NCBI RefSeq assembly: GCF_006345805.1
Contig: NC_043009.1
Location: 27,156,001 to 27,220,000 of the forward strand
Length of the DNA: 64,000 nucleotides
Direction: 5' to 3'
Origin: Octopus sinensis
Taxonomy: Eukaryota
The notes beneath the pieces are model-generated. The model made no database searches, had not been told where the DNA came from, and saw only the letters and a list, made by a program, of their open reading frames with translations. Numbering within the stretch: position 1 is the stretch's first letter; each line of letters opens with the position of its first letter. This document shows positions 44,634 to 57,572 of this stretch, piece by piece. Both the position numbers and the translations under genes were made by a program.

Positions 44634-47600
44634 TGTATGTATGTATGTATGTATGTATGTATATATGTGTGTGTGTAGAGAGAGAGAGGGAGAGAGAGAG
44701 TGAGAGAGAGAGGACAGAGTAGAGAGATGGTGAAAAGTTAAATTCCTGGTAAAACAGGTAAAACACGGCACCATATTGAGTTTCTAAAAAGAGTGAGATG
44801 ACAAAACACGCCGTTACATTTCAGTGTCGTGAGAGGTTAAGAGATACAAGTGGGTTTGCAAAGACACACAACAATTCTGAAACATTATCTTTTCTCATTT
44901 TTCCACAAAAAAATTTCAACAACATTTACCTCACAACTGTTGGAAATAATTCTGCTGATAACAGATAAATTGAACCATATGCCGAGGTGATTCCAAACTT
45001 TCCGAGGAGGACCAGGATCAGAGGAAACCAGAATGAACCTTAAATACAATAAAATAGAAGCTTAGACAATGCAATATACAAGGTGCATTCCAGAGGTTTT
45101 GAGACTTTTTAGGTGAGACATTTATTAATCTCAAAGTACAAACCGCTAATCTCCATCAAAGTAACATCCTCTGACTTCGAATGTATCTCTTGTATTGCTT
45201 CTGCCACTTTCTGAAGACCCAATGGGAGACATCCAAATGGAAGGTGTCCAGGACCCTTGCAACAACCTTCAATTCAATGTCTTCAAAACGGCTGTTCCTG
45301 AGGTTCTTCCTCAGTTTGAGCAACTACCAAACCTCACAGGAAGAAATATTTCGGCTGTAGGCTGCGTAAGGGACGATTCTGATGCCCATCTTTGTCAATT
45401 AGTTCATTAAAAAACTGAAATTGTGACTAGCAGTGTTTAGCAGGTGCCTTTCAAAGTACTGTTATGGCCGTCCCCTTTAATTTCGAATAAAATTCGGCAG
45501 GTTAGCTTATTAAGTGTATAATAATAATGATTACTAAAATTACAGTAATTTTGGACAGTTATAACTTCCTCTCCTGAAAATGTCTCGGACCTTCTGGATG
45601 CACATTGTATCTATATCATTTATAACATTCACCGTTTACTATTCATTCTGGAATCCGTAGTTCCACATTTGAGTCACATTATCTAATATAAATATGTGTC
45701 TTCTGGCACCTAATCAAAATTTGTAAAAAAATATAATTGTTGGCTATAAAGATCGAAGGGTTTCAAATGTTCATACCTTATATAATACAAAATCAATTAA
45801 GTATTAGTTTAATTAAAGACGAATATTTTGAGGATCTTTTGCATCATTACCGGAAAGAAATATTCAATTCAAGATTTTTAAGACAAAAAAAAATGATGGA
45901 TCATGATTTTACAAAGTTATCATTTTGCTCGTCCCATTATCCAAAATTTAACGTTTAAATTATTCAGAATATAAATAGTGTTATTAAATCAAATGGATAA
46001 AAATTGTTTAATAAAAATAATAAAGATACAACAGTTGACCAATGAACTGACAGAAGATAAAACATCACTGCTTTACTAATTGTATGTTGGTGATTGCGCA
46101 GGAAATGTATGCAATCACGTGGTATATTTTAATCTAGTAACATTATGGTGAATACATTCTGTGATTCGATAGGAAACTTTCTCTGCAATAGTCTTTACGA
46201 TTTAATAAACTTGCATTTTAAGCTTATTTTGATAAGATAAGATACTAGTTTCAAATGTATATAAAATATAAAATATGCGATGTACATTACCTTTGGTTAC
46301 AAAATTTGACACGATGCAATTTAATCCACTGAACATCAGAAAGAAACAAATGGGCCTCCGGTGGTCAAAACGTTTAAACAAGCAGTAAGCAGCAAAAAGA
46401 GAAGGAAATTCCACGAAAGCTAATAACAGGAAGATTATATAGCGGTTTCCAGTCATGTCCACAGAATTAAGATTTATTCCACAATATATCATACCGGCGA
46501 CAAACCTGTAAAAGAATATCTTATAAATCATGTGACCAAATTTATGTTATTTACACCTGTATTGCAACTTTTGCATTAGCATTAAAATATCAGAAAATAT
46601 TTCAAACATATTTCTGTGTGAAACGCATACAGTATTATTTATATACCTACACTATGTATCTATAACAATTCGACATATTGTAAACTAAATTATATCAGAG
46701 AAATCCAGCTTATCATAGTCTTCATCCAACAATAGTACAAACTTTTATATCTCCATCTACCTGAGAATCAACAGGTGTATTTAAAAAATCATTGACACCT
46801 CTAATGAGATTTGCAACTATTCCACTCATCGTATGACTTGCCGTTATCCATACTCTGTAGACTATCAGTGGTAATAACAGCTATTTCTTGCACATAATTA
46901 TTTCGGATTGCAATAAGCATCGAACAACCCCTGGATTCATCAGAATGTACAGTTAACAATACAATCACAATGGCCAATGCCTCTCTTATCCTGTTATCCT
47001 CTTCCAAAACATTTATAACCTCCCGCTCCCTAACACTGATTATTCTAAATTAAATTCTAGATCCCCTTAAACATTTATAGTAATATTATTACACAAGCAT
47101 TCAAAAATACATGTAAAATATTAAGAGATCTTTACCAGCTAAAACAAATATTCACAGTAGTAAATGCAAGCCTTGGTCTTTTAAATAGATCAATAAAAGT
47201 ATAATTGTTTTGAGCTAAGACTTTCTTCTCGGGTATATTTTCATGAAAATTGTTCTTCAATGAAGATTCCTCCTCCTTATTTGGAAAAAGTTCTAATAAA
47301 TCCTGACTTTGTTTTTTATTTTTCTTCATTATTTTTCGAAAAAGTGCTTTTGCTTCTGTAGAACGTTTTCTTCCAATAAGCCATCTTGGAGATTCGGGGA
47401 GAAATCTGAAAATGATCGGTAAAAAAGGCGAGCTCGAAAATTAATTTGCTTATAAGATATTAGGCATGAAGATCATAACTTTGGACATAATAACCATACA
47501 CACAAATTACACATATTTATATATGAATGTTCTCTTTCTAGTATAGAGTTAATTTCAACTGGCCACCTACTTCACAGCTTTTTTGTAAAGGGAAGCATCT

Positions 47601-47722
47601 TGTTTTGTTTGTCACCCTTTAAAGTTTAAGGTCTTATAGATATCATGATCACTTGTAGTGTATGAATTAATGATTCGTGTTGTATGTATGTATGTATGTA
47701 TGTATGTATGTATGTATGTATG

Positions 47723-47753
<31 letters not shown>

Positions 47754-50700
47754 TTTCCGTATCCGTTCCGACGATGGGAATACAGTCGTTAGGTCAACAG
47801 AAATATCTACTCTCTTGCAAAAGTCAGGTGTAATCTAAATGAAAGATAGAATTAGCGTAAGGTGAGGAACAAAGCTAATGTTTAGAATTTTAGAGACAAT
47901 CTGTTGGGTGGGCTTCCACATAGTCTTCATGTGTCACATTGCAATCACAAATTTTTGGTCAAAGTGAAGTTCTGGTAAAATACGGAAGATATCATACAGT
48001 GGGATTAAACATTGGCCCTTATACTTGCGATCTGGACAAAAAGTACTCAAAGCATTATGTAGAATATATTGTCATATTTATTCGACTGATTCCTTCAACT
48101 GCAGATTCAGATTCGACGAATGGTCAACATATTAAAGAAGTATTCTTGACTATGATGAAAATCATGCATTAATTCAAGATGGTACCAAGACAGCTATTTT
48201 ATTGGTTAATAGAAACTGTGTGACTCACACTTAGTAGCATGTAATCTACAGCTGAAAAGAGTATATGTCCTTTACAAGAAGATCACTTTTTCACTTAAAG
48301 GTAAAAGCCAATATTTAGCTTAACATTGTATTTGGTTTTCTGCGTCAGGTTTCTTGACACACTCTGCTTCACACAGTACACATGATATTTTTTCTGAAAA
48401 AAGTGACTACCATACTTGACTCAGTGAGCAGGAGTCAAAATCTATTTTAAACTTCTGATTTCTTTCACGTGTCAGATTTCTTCTTCGTCCGGCTATAAAC
48501 TCTATGTTTACATATTCTTCAATTCAAATTTTACCGAGACAGGAATACGTTTTAATGTATGAATTTTTATTTCTTTTTCTGGAGCTACAATGAAACACTT
48601 TCTTCTCTCCTATTATAGATTGGGTCGTTTTGAATAAGAATTGTCTAGATACATATGAAAATACATCACTATGTATCCTTTAAATAAAAAAAGAAACTGC
48701 CAAAAGAAATAGTTACAGAGCAATGTACAATCGCTAGCCCGAAAAAATAAAAACCTGCATCGAGTTAACCGGGAATATATTTAAAATTATATAAAAACAA
48801 CACACTCATTCGTTCAGATATGGTAGTTAGTGTTATTCCAGGTCTATTTCGAAATACATTTAGTTAGAAACTGAAAGAGGAGGAACAAACAATTCCACGA
48901 TGATTAAAATATTGTCGCAAATGTCAATACATACAACGGTCGAACTAAACAAGAAAAGAGTGATGCATTTGTTATCGGCCAATGTTGATGAAAACTATTA
49001 CAATGTTAGAAATTTACTCTAATAATTGAAATTATGAGCTTTTGTACACTAGTATATGTAATATATAGTAAGAGCCGTAGAATGGAAAAGACAGGAGAAT
49101 AAATTTAACGAATATAATAAATCCTTCGCCATATCGCGGTTCAGTTATCGCGCACTCAGTACATCGCGGATTTGTCTGACTAATGTACGTAAATTTATAT
49201 CGCGGACTTCTCAGTGTATCGCGGGTTTTGCGGCCGGTAGGTTATTATATTTTTTTAAATTTTAATTATTTCTGTGGTAAAATAAACATTTTCACGAATA
49301 AAAATTAATAAATTAATAAAGTTAAGGAATTCGCATTGCAGCCACGTGGTTTCGAGTTCAATCCCAATGCGCGGCACTATTGCAAGTGTTTCCTACCCTG
49401 TCGGTTCGGGCCGACTAGAGCTTGATGAGTAAATTTGGTAGACCGAAACTATATGGGAGTCCGTTGTTTGTATGTGTGAGCGTGTATGTGTGTTATTAAG
49501 TGTGTGTGTGTTTTCGTGTGTTCATATTTCTGTTTGTCCCTGCACCACTTGTCAATCCGTGTTGATTCGTTTACGTTCCCGTATGTACTGGAGACGATAT
49601 TTTTTCCTATTAAACCTCAGTCAAGACTGTACCCTAGCAAGGCTGCAGTCCAATGACTGAAACAAGTAAAATATTGAAGGTAAAATATAAATGTTGCTTT
49701 CATCAAAAACAAAAATGAAGATAAATTTCAGAGCTTTTCTTTTCTATTTTATTCTTCTGAATTTCTTACTAGAAAATTAACGAAAATATTCTTGAGTAGA
49801 ATCAAAGAACGAACAATAAAATGGCTGAACTAAAATATACTTACATCCAAATGAAAAAACTGATTGCAGGCAGAAGACACACCGTCAATTCTAAGAAATG
49901 CCAGTCAGGGATACAATACACCAGCACTGTTACAAATATTGCTGCCACTGGATAGAGACACATATACCCAAAACTAATACGGGTACGTAGTTTTGAGGAA
50001 GTAAATTCCAAAGCTGAAAAAGGATCACAAATTGGATATAATTAGTATGTTTAAATAATTAATCTCGTATCTTATACTTGTTTCAGTCATTAGACTGCGT
50101 CCATGCTGGGGCAATCCCTTAAAGAATAGACACCAGCACGTATGTTTTTTGTTTTTAGGATGAGAGCATATATAGGCGTTTTTGTGCGAATGTGGCATAG
50201 ATATATGTATACGTGGAAATATGTATTTCTAAATTTTGTGCGATTCTTTTACTCTGTTCCCCTCATACTTTCTTCCTCTTTTCTTTTTCTCGGTCCCCAT
50301 CTCGCACATTCCTTGGCTCTCTCTTTCTTCAATCCCTACGTTTCCTCCTCGTTTATCTCCCTTGTTTCGTTTATTTTAAGCAGTTTTGTTATAGCAGCAT
50401 TACTTTCGCCTTTTTCTGAAGGGTTATGATTGTATTTTGGTCTATAGCCATTATCTAATTTATAAATCTGAATTCATTTAGTCTGAAACAAAATAATACC
50501 CACTAAGCTTTTATAAGGATGAATCATTTTCATATCTATCACATTTATTGATAGATAGTATAATCCTTGTTTTTAGTCGAAAGACACCTGTTGTTAATGT
50601 CTTGTTGTTTGTATTTGTAACTGAGTACCATTTCTCGTTTCTTTCGTCCTTGTTTTCGTATACATTCGCTTGCTTTCTTCCAAATAATCTAGTGCTCTTA

Positions 50701-50885
50701 GCTTGGATTTTCTTGGGCCGGCCAAATTAGAGCAGTCTCGAGAGTAACCGGCCGAAACTGCAAAGATGATCTGGTACTTGACTGAAGAATGATGCTCCGA
50801 ATGACCCATCCTTGTTTTTTTTCCTGTCCTTTTATGTATCGTCCAAATGTCCGAATGTTTTGGTTCACGCCTGTTTTGTTTTGCA

Positions 50886-50937
<52 letters not shown>

Positions 50938-51768
50938 TAAAGAAATGGAGTTAAACGCAGGTGTTATTCAAATCTTTATACTTCCAACATACGTTTCGAA
51001 GAAAACTTTGGTATTATTTCAGAGGGAATAAAATGATGTAAAACAATTCGATCTTCTCATCAGGTAAAAAGAGAGAGAAAATCACATCAATAAGCCATAG
51101 ACTGCGTGTATGATGAAGAGTACGTAAGCAAGTTATTTTAAGAAAACCGTTTATAGATTTAACATCAAATGCAATTTCGAGAAAAAGGAGGTTAAAGAAA
51201 AAATAGCAGAAAACCATGAGTGGAGAAATGTAGTGCGATAGATGTATGAGAATAAAGCTTGAAGGCGCGGAAATAGATATGTCTAATGGAAATGAAATGT
51301 AAGACAGTTAAAGGTCCGCTTTTGCTAAATTGCATTTGACGTTAAATCTATTAAGGATTTTTTAAACTACTTTCTAACGTTCCCTTCGTCATATATGCAG
51401 TAATTACATTCGGTTAAAATGGCTTATTGATGTGTTTTGTTTCTCTCTTTTTTCCTGATGAGAAGATCGCATTGTTTTACATCATTTTATTTCCTCTGGA
51501 ATAATACCAATGTTTTCGAAACATATGTCGGAAGTATAAAGATTTGAATAACAACTGCGTTTAACTCCATTTCTTTATTTATCTGTTAAACAAAAGCATT
51601 TCAGTAAACCGTGGAATTTCTACCTTTATAAGTAGGCTGTAATATCCTTGGAACTTATGTGAATTTTTTGCTACCCTGGTAACTAATTACTTATTTTTCT
51701 GTGTTATTTGTGCAGATTGAAAAAATACACATACGTTTATACACACACACACACACACACATACACAC

Positions 51769-51839
<71 letters not shown>

Positions 51840-51842
51840 TAC

Positions 51843-51874
<32 letters not shown>

Positions 51875-52278
51875 CGAGTTACGGAATGGAGTAAAATTCG
51901 GGCTACATATTTCTTAGCTGGCGGAACCTCGGAAGAGGTAAAACTCCAAGTGAGGTACATACCGTCGGCTTTTCTTCAGACCAAGGATATCTTGATTAAA
52001 TTAAAGATTACACACGCGCGCGCGCACGTGTGTGTGTGCGTGTCCGTCTGATGAGAATAACTTACTCAGTGAATATAAGGCAAGTGCATTTCCCGTGTAA
52101 CCACAGGCTTGAATACAGTGCAGCATCATAAGTATTATCAACGATGGTACGAAGATTTTCCCAGTTCCACAGATGACTATACAGGTGTTTGCCAATAAAA
52201 ATACGGGTCTTCGTCCAAATCTATGAAAGACGGAAATAAAATTTTAAATTTTCAACTATTTATATGAACACGGAATAC

Positions 52279-52323
<45 letters not shown>

Positions 52324-52966
52324 ACACACACACACATATCTATTCATTTATTTACTTATTTTATGCAATGCATACAGCGATTACCGTGTAGAAGACATAT
52401 ATTGGCATTCAGAAAGACTCGAAGACATTCAACTTCGCTTGAACATTTATTTTTAATGTGGTGTCAAAGTTTCCGTCGCTCGAAACCGTGTCCGTTTCAC
52501 TAAAAACTTTGCTGCATCTCAAAATTCTCGAAAATACCGCAATATATATTGCTCGGAATATTTCTTTTCTTGCTTTTGTTTGGATAGGTCTATCGTTCTG
52601 GTTGAGTGGACATAACTGGTCAGTTTTACCGATTTTTAGGATCAGCTGTCTTTCGTATTTTCCTTCTTTCTTCCTCTCTTCAAGAAAAGAAAGCGAGAAG
52701 TAATTTTGACAACTATAACAGTTAATTCTCACTGTTTCTCTCTCTTTGTTTTCTCTCTCTCTCTCCTTTTCCCTCTCTTTCTTCTTGGCCTCTTTCTCTT
52801 CTTTATTTGCTATTTCTCTTCTATGTCTGTCTTTCACTCTTTCCTCCCTCTTCTTTCCAAGTCCTTTGTTTCCTTCCCAACCAACTGCAATACTGAAGGG
52901 TGTGATGATGAGCTGGTATAGACGTGCGTGTGTGTGGTGGTATGTATACGTAGACAGAACGGGAAT

Positions 52967-53007
<41 letters not shown>

Positions 53008-56000
53008 GATGTGTATTGGTGTGTATGTGTGTCTCACACTCTCTGCATCACTCTGTCTCTGCCATTCTCTGTACATATATGTGTTCCTGTGTGCGTGTGG
53101 GGATGTGTGTGTATGTGAGAGAGAATAAAAGTGTATGTACGTGTATGCATCTATGAGTGAGTTGTGTGTGTGAAGGATAGTATGTGTGGATGTATATGTG
53201 CATTCATGTGTGACATGTGCGGGTTTATGTAGTGTGTATGTATGTGTGTGTGTGCATCTAAGAGTGTGTTGTGTGCGTGGAGGGTTGTGTGTATGGAGGT
53301 ATATGTGCGTTCATGTGTGTGCATGTGAGTGCCTGCGTGAGTGTGTGTGCGAAGGGTGAGGTGGGCTGTGGGTGCGTTATCTGAAGAGTGTGTGAATGGA
53401 TGGGTGCGGCTGTGTAAATGGGTGAGAGTGGCTGTGTGTGTGCGTGTGTGTACAGTGTGAGATGGAGAGAGGGTGAGGCGACATGTGGGTGCGTTGTCTG
53501 AAGGATGTGTAAATGGGTGAGGGTACTTGTGTGCGTATGTTGGTATGTGTGTGGACGGGTGGGAATGTGAGTATGTGTGTACCTGTGAAGTGTGCGTCTA
53601 TCTTTATGTGTCATTCTGTCGCTCTCTCTATAAATGTGTGCATGTGTGTGTGTACCTATCTCTATGTTACTATGGTGCGTGTGTTGTGTGTGTGGAAGTG
53701 TATGTATGTGCGTGTATATGTCAGTATATCTGTGTATGAGTGTGCGTTGTGTGTTCTGTGTGTGTGTGTGTGTGTTGTGTGTGTGGAAAAAGATTATATG
53801 AACACATCAGTGATGTGTGTGTGTGTGCCTGTGTGTGTGTGTGTACGTGTAAGTGTCTGTGTAAGTGTGTGTGTAAATGTGTGCATGTGTGTGTGTGCAA
53901 GTGTGTGTGTGTATGTTTAAGTGTGTGTATGTCCACCACCACCGCTTGACAACCGGAGTCAGGGTGTTTACGTACCCGTAACTTAGCGTTTCGGTAAAAA
54001 AAGACCGATAATATAAGTATTAGGCTTAAAAAAATTAAAAAGTGCTGAAGGTCATTCATTTGACTAAAATTCTGCAAGGCAGTGCCCCAGCATGGCCGCA
54101 GTGAAATGTCTGAAACAAGGAAGAAGAAAATTTTAAAAATTAAAATAAAATATAAAAAAAGTATATTACCTGTCAGAAAAAATACCAAATATAATTGCTC
54201 CAAGAAGACAACCAGCGAAATAAACGGACTGCAAGGTGGATCTTAACCATTTTCGTTCACACACCAAATTAAACTGTGAGAATAAACAAATTAAAATAGA
54301 TGCAATTAAATGGTTAATGTTAAAATATAAGATACTGAAATTAAACTTCAAGTGTTTTACAGTAATTAATTGATTTACAGCAATTAGTTGATTGGGTTAC
54401 TCACCTCACTTACAATTGTAGAAAAATCTTCTGTCAGAAATTTCCGTCCGTAAGAACACTGTAGTTTAGATGAATTACTTGGTGGTGTTGTATAATATGT
54501 CCCAGTGAAGCTATTGTTATATACAGAACATTGACTGTCGCCGTCCGGTTGAAGCATTTGTAAATATTCATTCTCTGTAAGATTCGCAGGAATTAACGAA
54601 GCATTAAAGTTTGGTGGGTAGCATAAGAAGGGAACATTTGCACTGATAAAAGTTAAATTCATTGCTGTCATTATAGTCACAGTGCCTATGATAATAATAT
54701 AGGTGTACAACCAGCGCTGGTAGGGTCCAAATGTGCCACATTGTTCGATAAGCTTTGTAATATCTTTATCAGATGAAGCTGAAATTGGAAAATAATTTGT
54801 ATGATAAAAATTATACAATATGTGTTGTAATCTCTACAAAAGTAAATGGTATGTTTCGGATTAATAACTAATTCAAATATCAAAATGAAAATGTTCAGTT
54901 GAAAGACTGGTCTGACATGTAAAACTCTTCAGGTGATTAGCTCTCATTCTGTATGCTATTTATGGAACTACCTTGTGTCAGGTAGAATGTGAATGTGTCA
55001 AGTAACCACGTGAAAATGTAACTTACGAAATTGTTGTATTTAGGAATGGTCATTTTGCCAGTTTAGCCAATAAATAATATATAAACGTAATTTACGAAAG
55101 AAATCTATATATATTAAAAATGAACTTCAACCTGGCTTCCTTGCAATGTTTCACAGCCAAACTGGCACATAATGGGAAAATACTTTCAAAGTATAGGGCC
55201 CCTGAAATGTGAATACAAACAGTATAAAGTAAGTTTCACGTAAATCAGACCAGTTGTTATTGAGATATTCATGGTTTGGGGGTATAAATACCCAAAACGG
55301 TGCATAATAGGAAAATACTCCGAAAATAACTTAACCCTGAAAGGGAAGAAACTCTAACCTTTCCATTAGACACATTATGGGGGACAAAATATTTTAAAGT
55401 GAAAATGACTTTAAAAATATGGCAAATATATCGTAAAATACCCTTCGTAATCTCTGTGTGAAATATTTTTCCATAGGTTTCTTTCGAGTGCATTCAACGT
55501 ATCTCACCTCCAATGATTTAGCTGCAATTTCTAACATAACCTGCTACCACGTAACAGTTATTTGCAATAAAGGACACGAAACACCTGTTACGTTGTCGCA
55601 GCGCGTGCAAGAAATAGCACCATGGTAAACGTAGAAGAGATTTACTGAAGTCATATACGTGTTTTACTCCAGTTTGAGGCTTCTTATTTACCAATATCAA
55701 GAATTAAGAATTATACATAATAAATCTTGTGAATGCCTCGCAAAGGATAATGTTAAGATATAACATTCAAATTGGGAATCAAATTATCATCCAGCTATTG
55801 AATTTTAAATTCATTTTTATTTTGTTACTAAATGAAGAAAATCACAAAGAATGAAAGTATAAATCCACCAGAAGAAAGCTAGACACTACATTTCGTAGCT
55901 TAATATACTGAGGGACAGGCATGGGATAAGAAGTTTGTTTCCCAACAGTATGGTTCCAGATTTAGTGCCACTGCGTGTCTACTATAGCCTCGGACCGACC

Positions 56001-57572
56001 AAAGCATTGGGAGTGGATTTGGTAGTCGGTAAGACCGTCGTATACATATATTGTATGTATGTATGTATGTATGTATGTATGTATGTATGTATGTATGTAT
56101 GTATGTATGTACATACGTATGTATGCATGTGTGTATGTATACAAGGTGTTCGGGCTAAATACGGCGACTATTCATGTTTTCTGTTTTGTCAGAAACAGTT
56201 TGATATATTGGTGAAGAGTCAACGGCGTTGGAGAACATAAAGATTAACGTTGGAGTTGATAAAATAACTGACATGTTGCACTAGAAGACATCTGAATATT
56301 GTATCATAATGATTCGCATAGGGTGTCAGACCGGCAGCGTCGTACCCTGTAAATATTGTAGGACGTGATATGGGCGTCATGAAAACTAAGTTCCTCCAAA
56401 TTGCAATGGTTTTCGGGTGTGTACCTAGTGAAGGTAATGTCATACCGACCCACATCTTTGAGTAAGGTTTTAGGCTCAATTTAGACCAATATGTGGAACT
56501 GGTGGAGACCGTGCTCAAACTCTGGTCGGAAAGGGTTGCTGATAGAAGACCACATGTCAGTTCGAAGAATTCAGGTCCTTGTCATACCTCCGGAAAGCTT
56601 CAGAAGATGTTGTTTCTGGCCTCGTAACGCTCCCGACTATAATTCCATAATTTACTATGTATGGGTCAATATCAAAAAGGACTTCAACTGCACTGCCTTC
56701 AACACCAAGGCCGAGCTAAAGGTCAATATCAAAGAGATGTTCGCAGATCCAACCAGTGAGGAATGCATGCGCCAGGTTCTGGAGCCGTTTTGGACCAGTT
56801 GTGAAAGCCGAGGGAGGGTAATTTGAGTTAACCTATCTCCCAATCATAATTTTGTCAATTGTTTTTAACTTTTTAAAATGCTTTTATTTTTGTATGGGAT
56901 ATTATTTTCTTTTGCTTTTATGAAAATGGTCAAACCTAGCACGAACGCTCTCTATATATTTGTGAGAAGTTGTGGGGAGTACGGAATGTATATTAGAGGG
57001 TTTTGTCTGTGTTTGTCTTCTAGCAGTGCTTGAAAACTATGCTGGTATATAACTTAGCAGTTCGGCAAACGTGAACGATAGAATAAGCACCAAGCTTTAA
57101 AAAATAAGTACTGAGGTCGGTTGGTCCGACTGGAATTCGTGAAAGAGTTTTTCCAGCATGACCGCAGCCTAATGACTGAAGCAAGAAGATAATCCTTTCC
57201 ACTGGAAGCATAAGGCCTCAAATTTGGAGGAACGTATTAAGTTGATTACATCGAGCCAAGCGCATAACTGGTACTTATTTAATCGTCCCCGTAAGGATGA
57301 AAGGGAAAGTCGACCTCGGCGGAGCAGAACATGGCGGCAGACAAAATACCGCTAAGCATTTTGCCCGGCGTGCTAACGATTCTGCCAGCTCGACGCCTTG
57401 AAGCAAGTAAATTAAAGATAAAGACATTTAAAGAATTATTACATTATTTCACGGATGAGTATTACAGTAATTAGTTCATAGAAACGTTTTATCAAATACC
57501 AATTTGAATAAATATTTATTTACGTGTAGCCATTTGGTTTTCTAATTTCAGTTGATTTTCTTCTTCAACCAT
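41535..57572 (-). CDS. SLC22-family transporter, copy B; 9 coding exons, 1659 nt, 552 aa
   Basis: Exons in 5'->3' order: 57572-57524, 54778-54405, 54273-54170, 52220-52066, 50013-49845, 47405-47136, 46505-46291, 45038-44930, 41748-41535. Same sizes and phases as copy A except exon 1, which is one codon shorter. GT-AG sites intact; no stops seen. Confidence 0.93.
42520..43060 (-). mobile_element. R4/Dong-like non-LTR retrotransposon 3' end with (TAA)n tail (arm B only)
   Basis: Restriction-like endonuclease peptide LLIDLSIP..EKLSNYKDLEIVVTRMW...IPVIVDALG followed by a long TAA array. Confidence 0.8.
44085..44345 (+). mobile_element. Dispersed repeat of about 260 bp (also 17875-18140 on -, 50575-50835 on +)
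   Basis: Three diverged copies share CGTATACATTCGC...CTAGTGCTCTTAGC...CCGAAA(T/C)TG. Confidence 0.7.
44930..45038 (-). CDS. SLC22 copy B exon 8
   Basis: 109 nt, GKFGITSAYGSIYLLSAELFPTVVR. Confidence 0.92.
46291..46505 (-). CDS. SLC22 copy B exon 7
   Basis: 215 nt, FVAGMIYCGI...VTK. Confidence 0.93.
47136..47405 (-). CDS. SLC22 copy B exon 6
   Basis: 270 nt, FLPESPRWL...FSW. Confidence 0.93.
49845..50013 (-). CDS. SLC22 copy B exon 5
   Basis: 169 nt; one synonymous difference from copy A seen. Confidence 0.92.
50981..51066 (-). ncRNA. Type I hammerhead ribozyme-like motif
   Basis: CUGAUGA-GAAGA...UCUUC-GAAAC GUAU GUU-GGAAG; mismatch in stem I. Confidence 0.6.
51450..51534 (+). ncRNA. Type I hammerhead ribozyme (minimal, PLE type)
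   Basis: UUUUC-CUGAUGA-GAAGA...UUUUC-GAAAC AUAU GUC-GGAAG; palindromic loop III; predicted cut after 51529. Confidence 0.72.
52066..52220 (-). CDS. SLC22 copy B exon 4
   Basis: 155 nt, FGRRPVFLL...ALYSL, tag acceptor. Confidence 0.92.
54170..54273 (-). CDS. SLC22 copy B exon 3
   Basis: 104 nt, FNLVCERKW...FSDR. Confidence 0.93.
54405..54778 (-). CDS. SLC22 copy B exon 2
   Basis: 374 nt, mirror of 11234-11607. Confidence 0.92.
56140..56900 (+). mobile_element. Tc1/mariner remnant (mirror of 8560-9149, less deleted)
   Basis: TIR TACAAGGTGTTCGGGCTAAA; MVFGCV..EGNV and FWPRNAPDYNSIIYYVW peptides. Confidence 0.8.
57524..57572 (-). CDS. SLC22 copy B coding exon 1 (MVEEENQLKLENQMAT)
   Basis: Mirror of 7873-7924 with an in-frame 3-nt deletion. 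Confidence 0.7.

Larger units (their letters stand above)
50938..51577. mobile_element. Palindromic PLE-terminal-repeat-like element with two opposed hammerheads (copy B intron 4)
   Basis: Arms at about 50938-51177 and 51328-51577 are diverged reverse complements; next to (TA)n. Confidence 0.75.
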
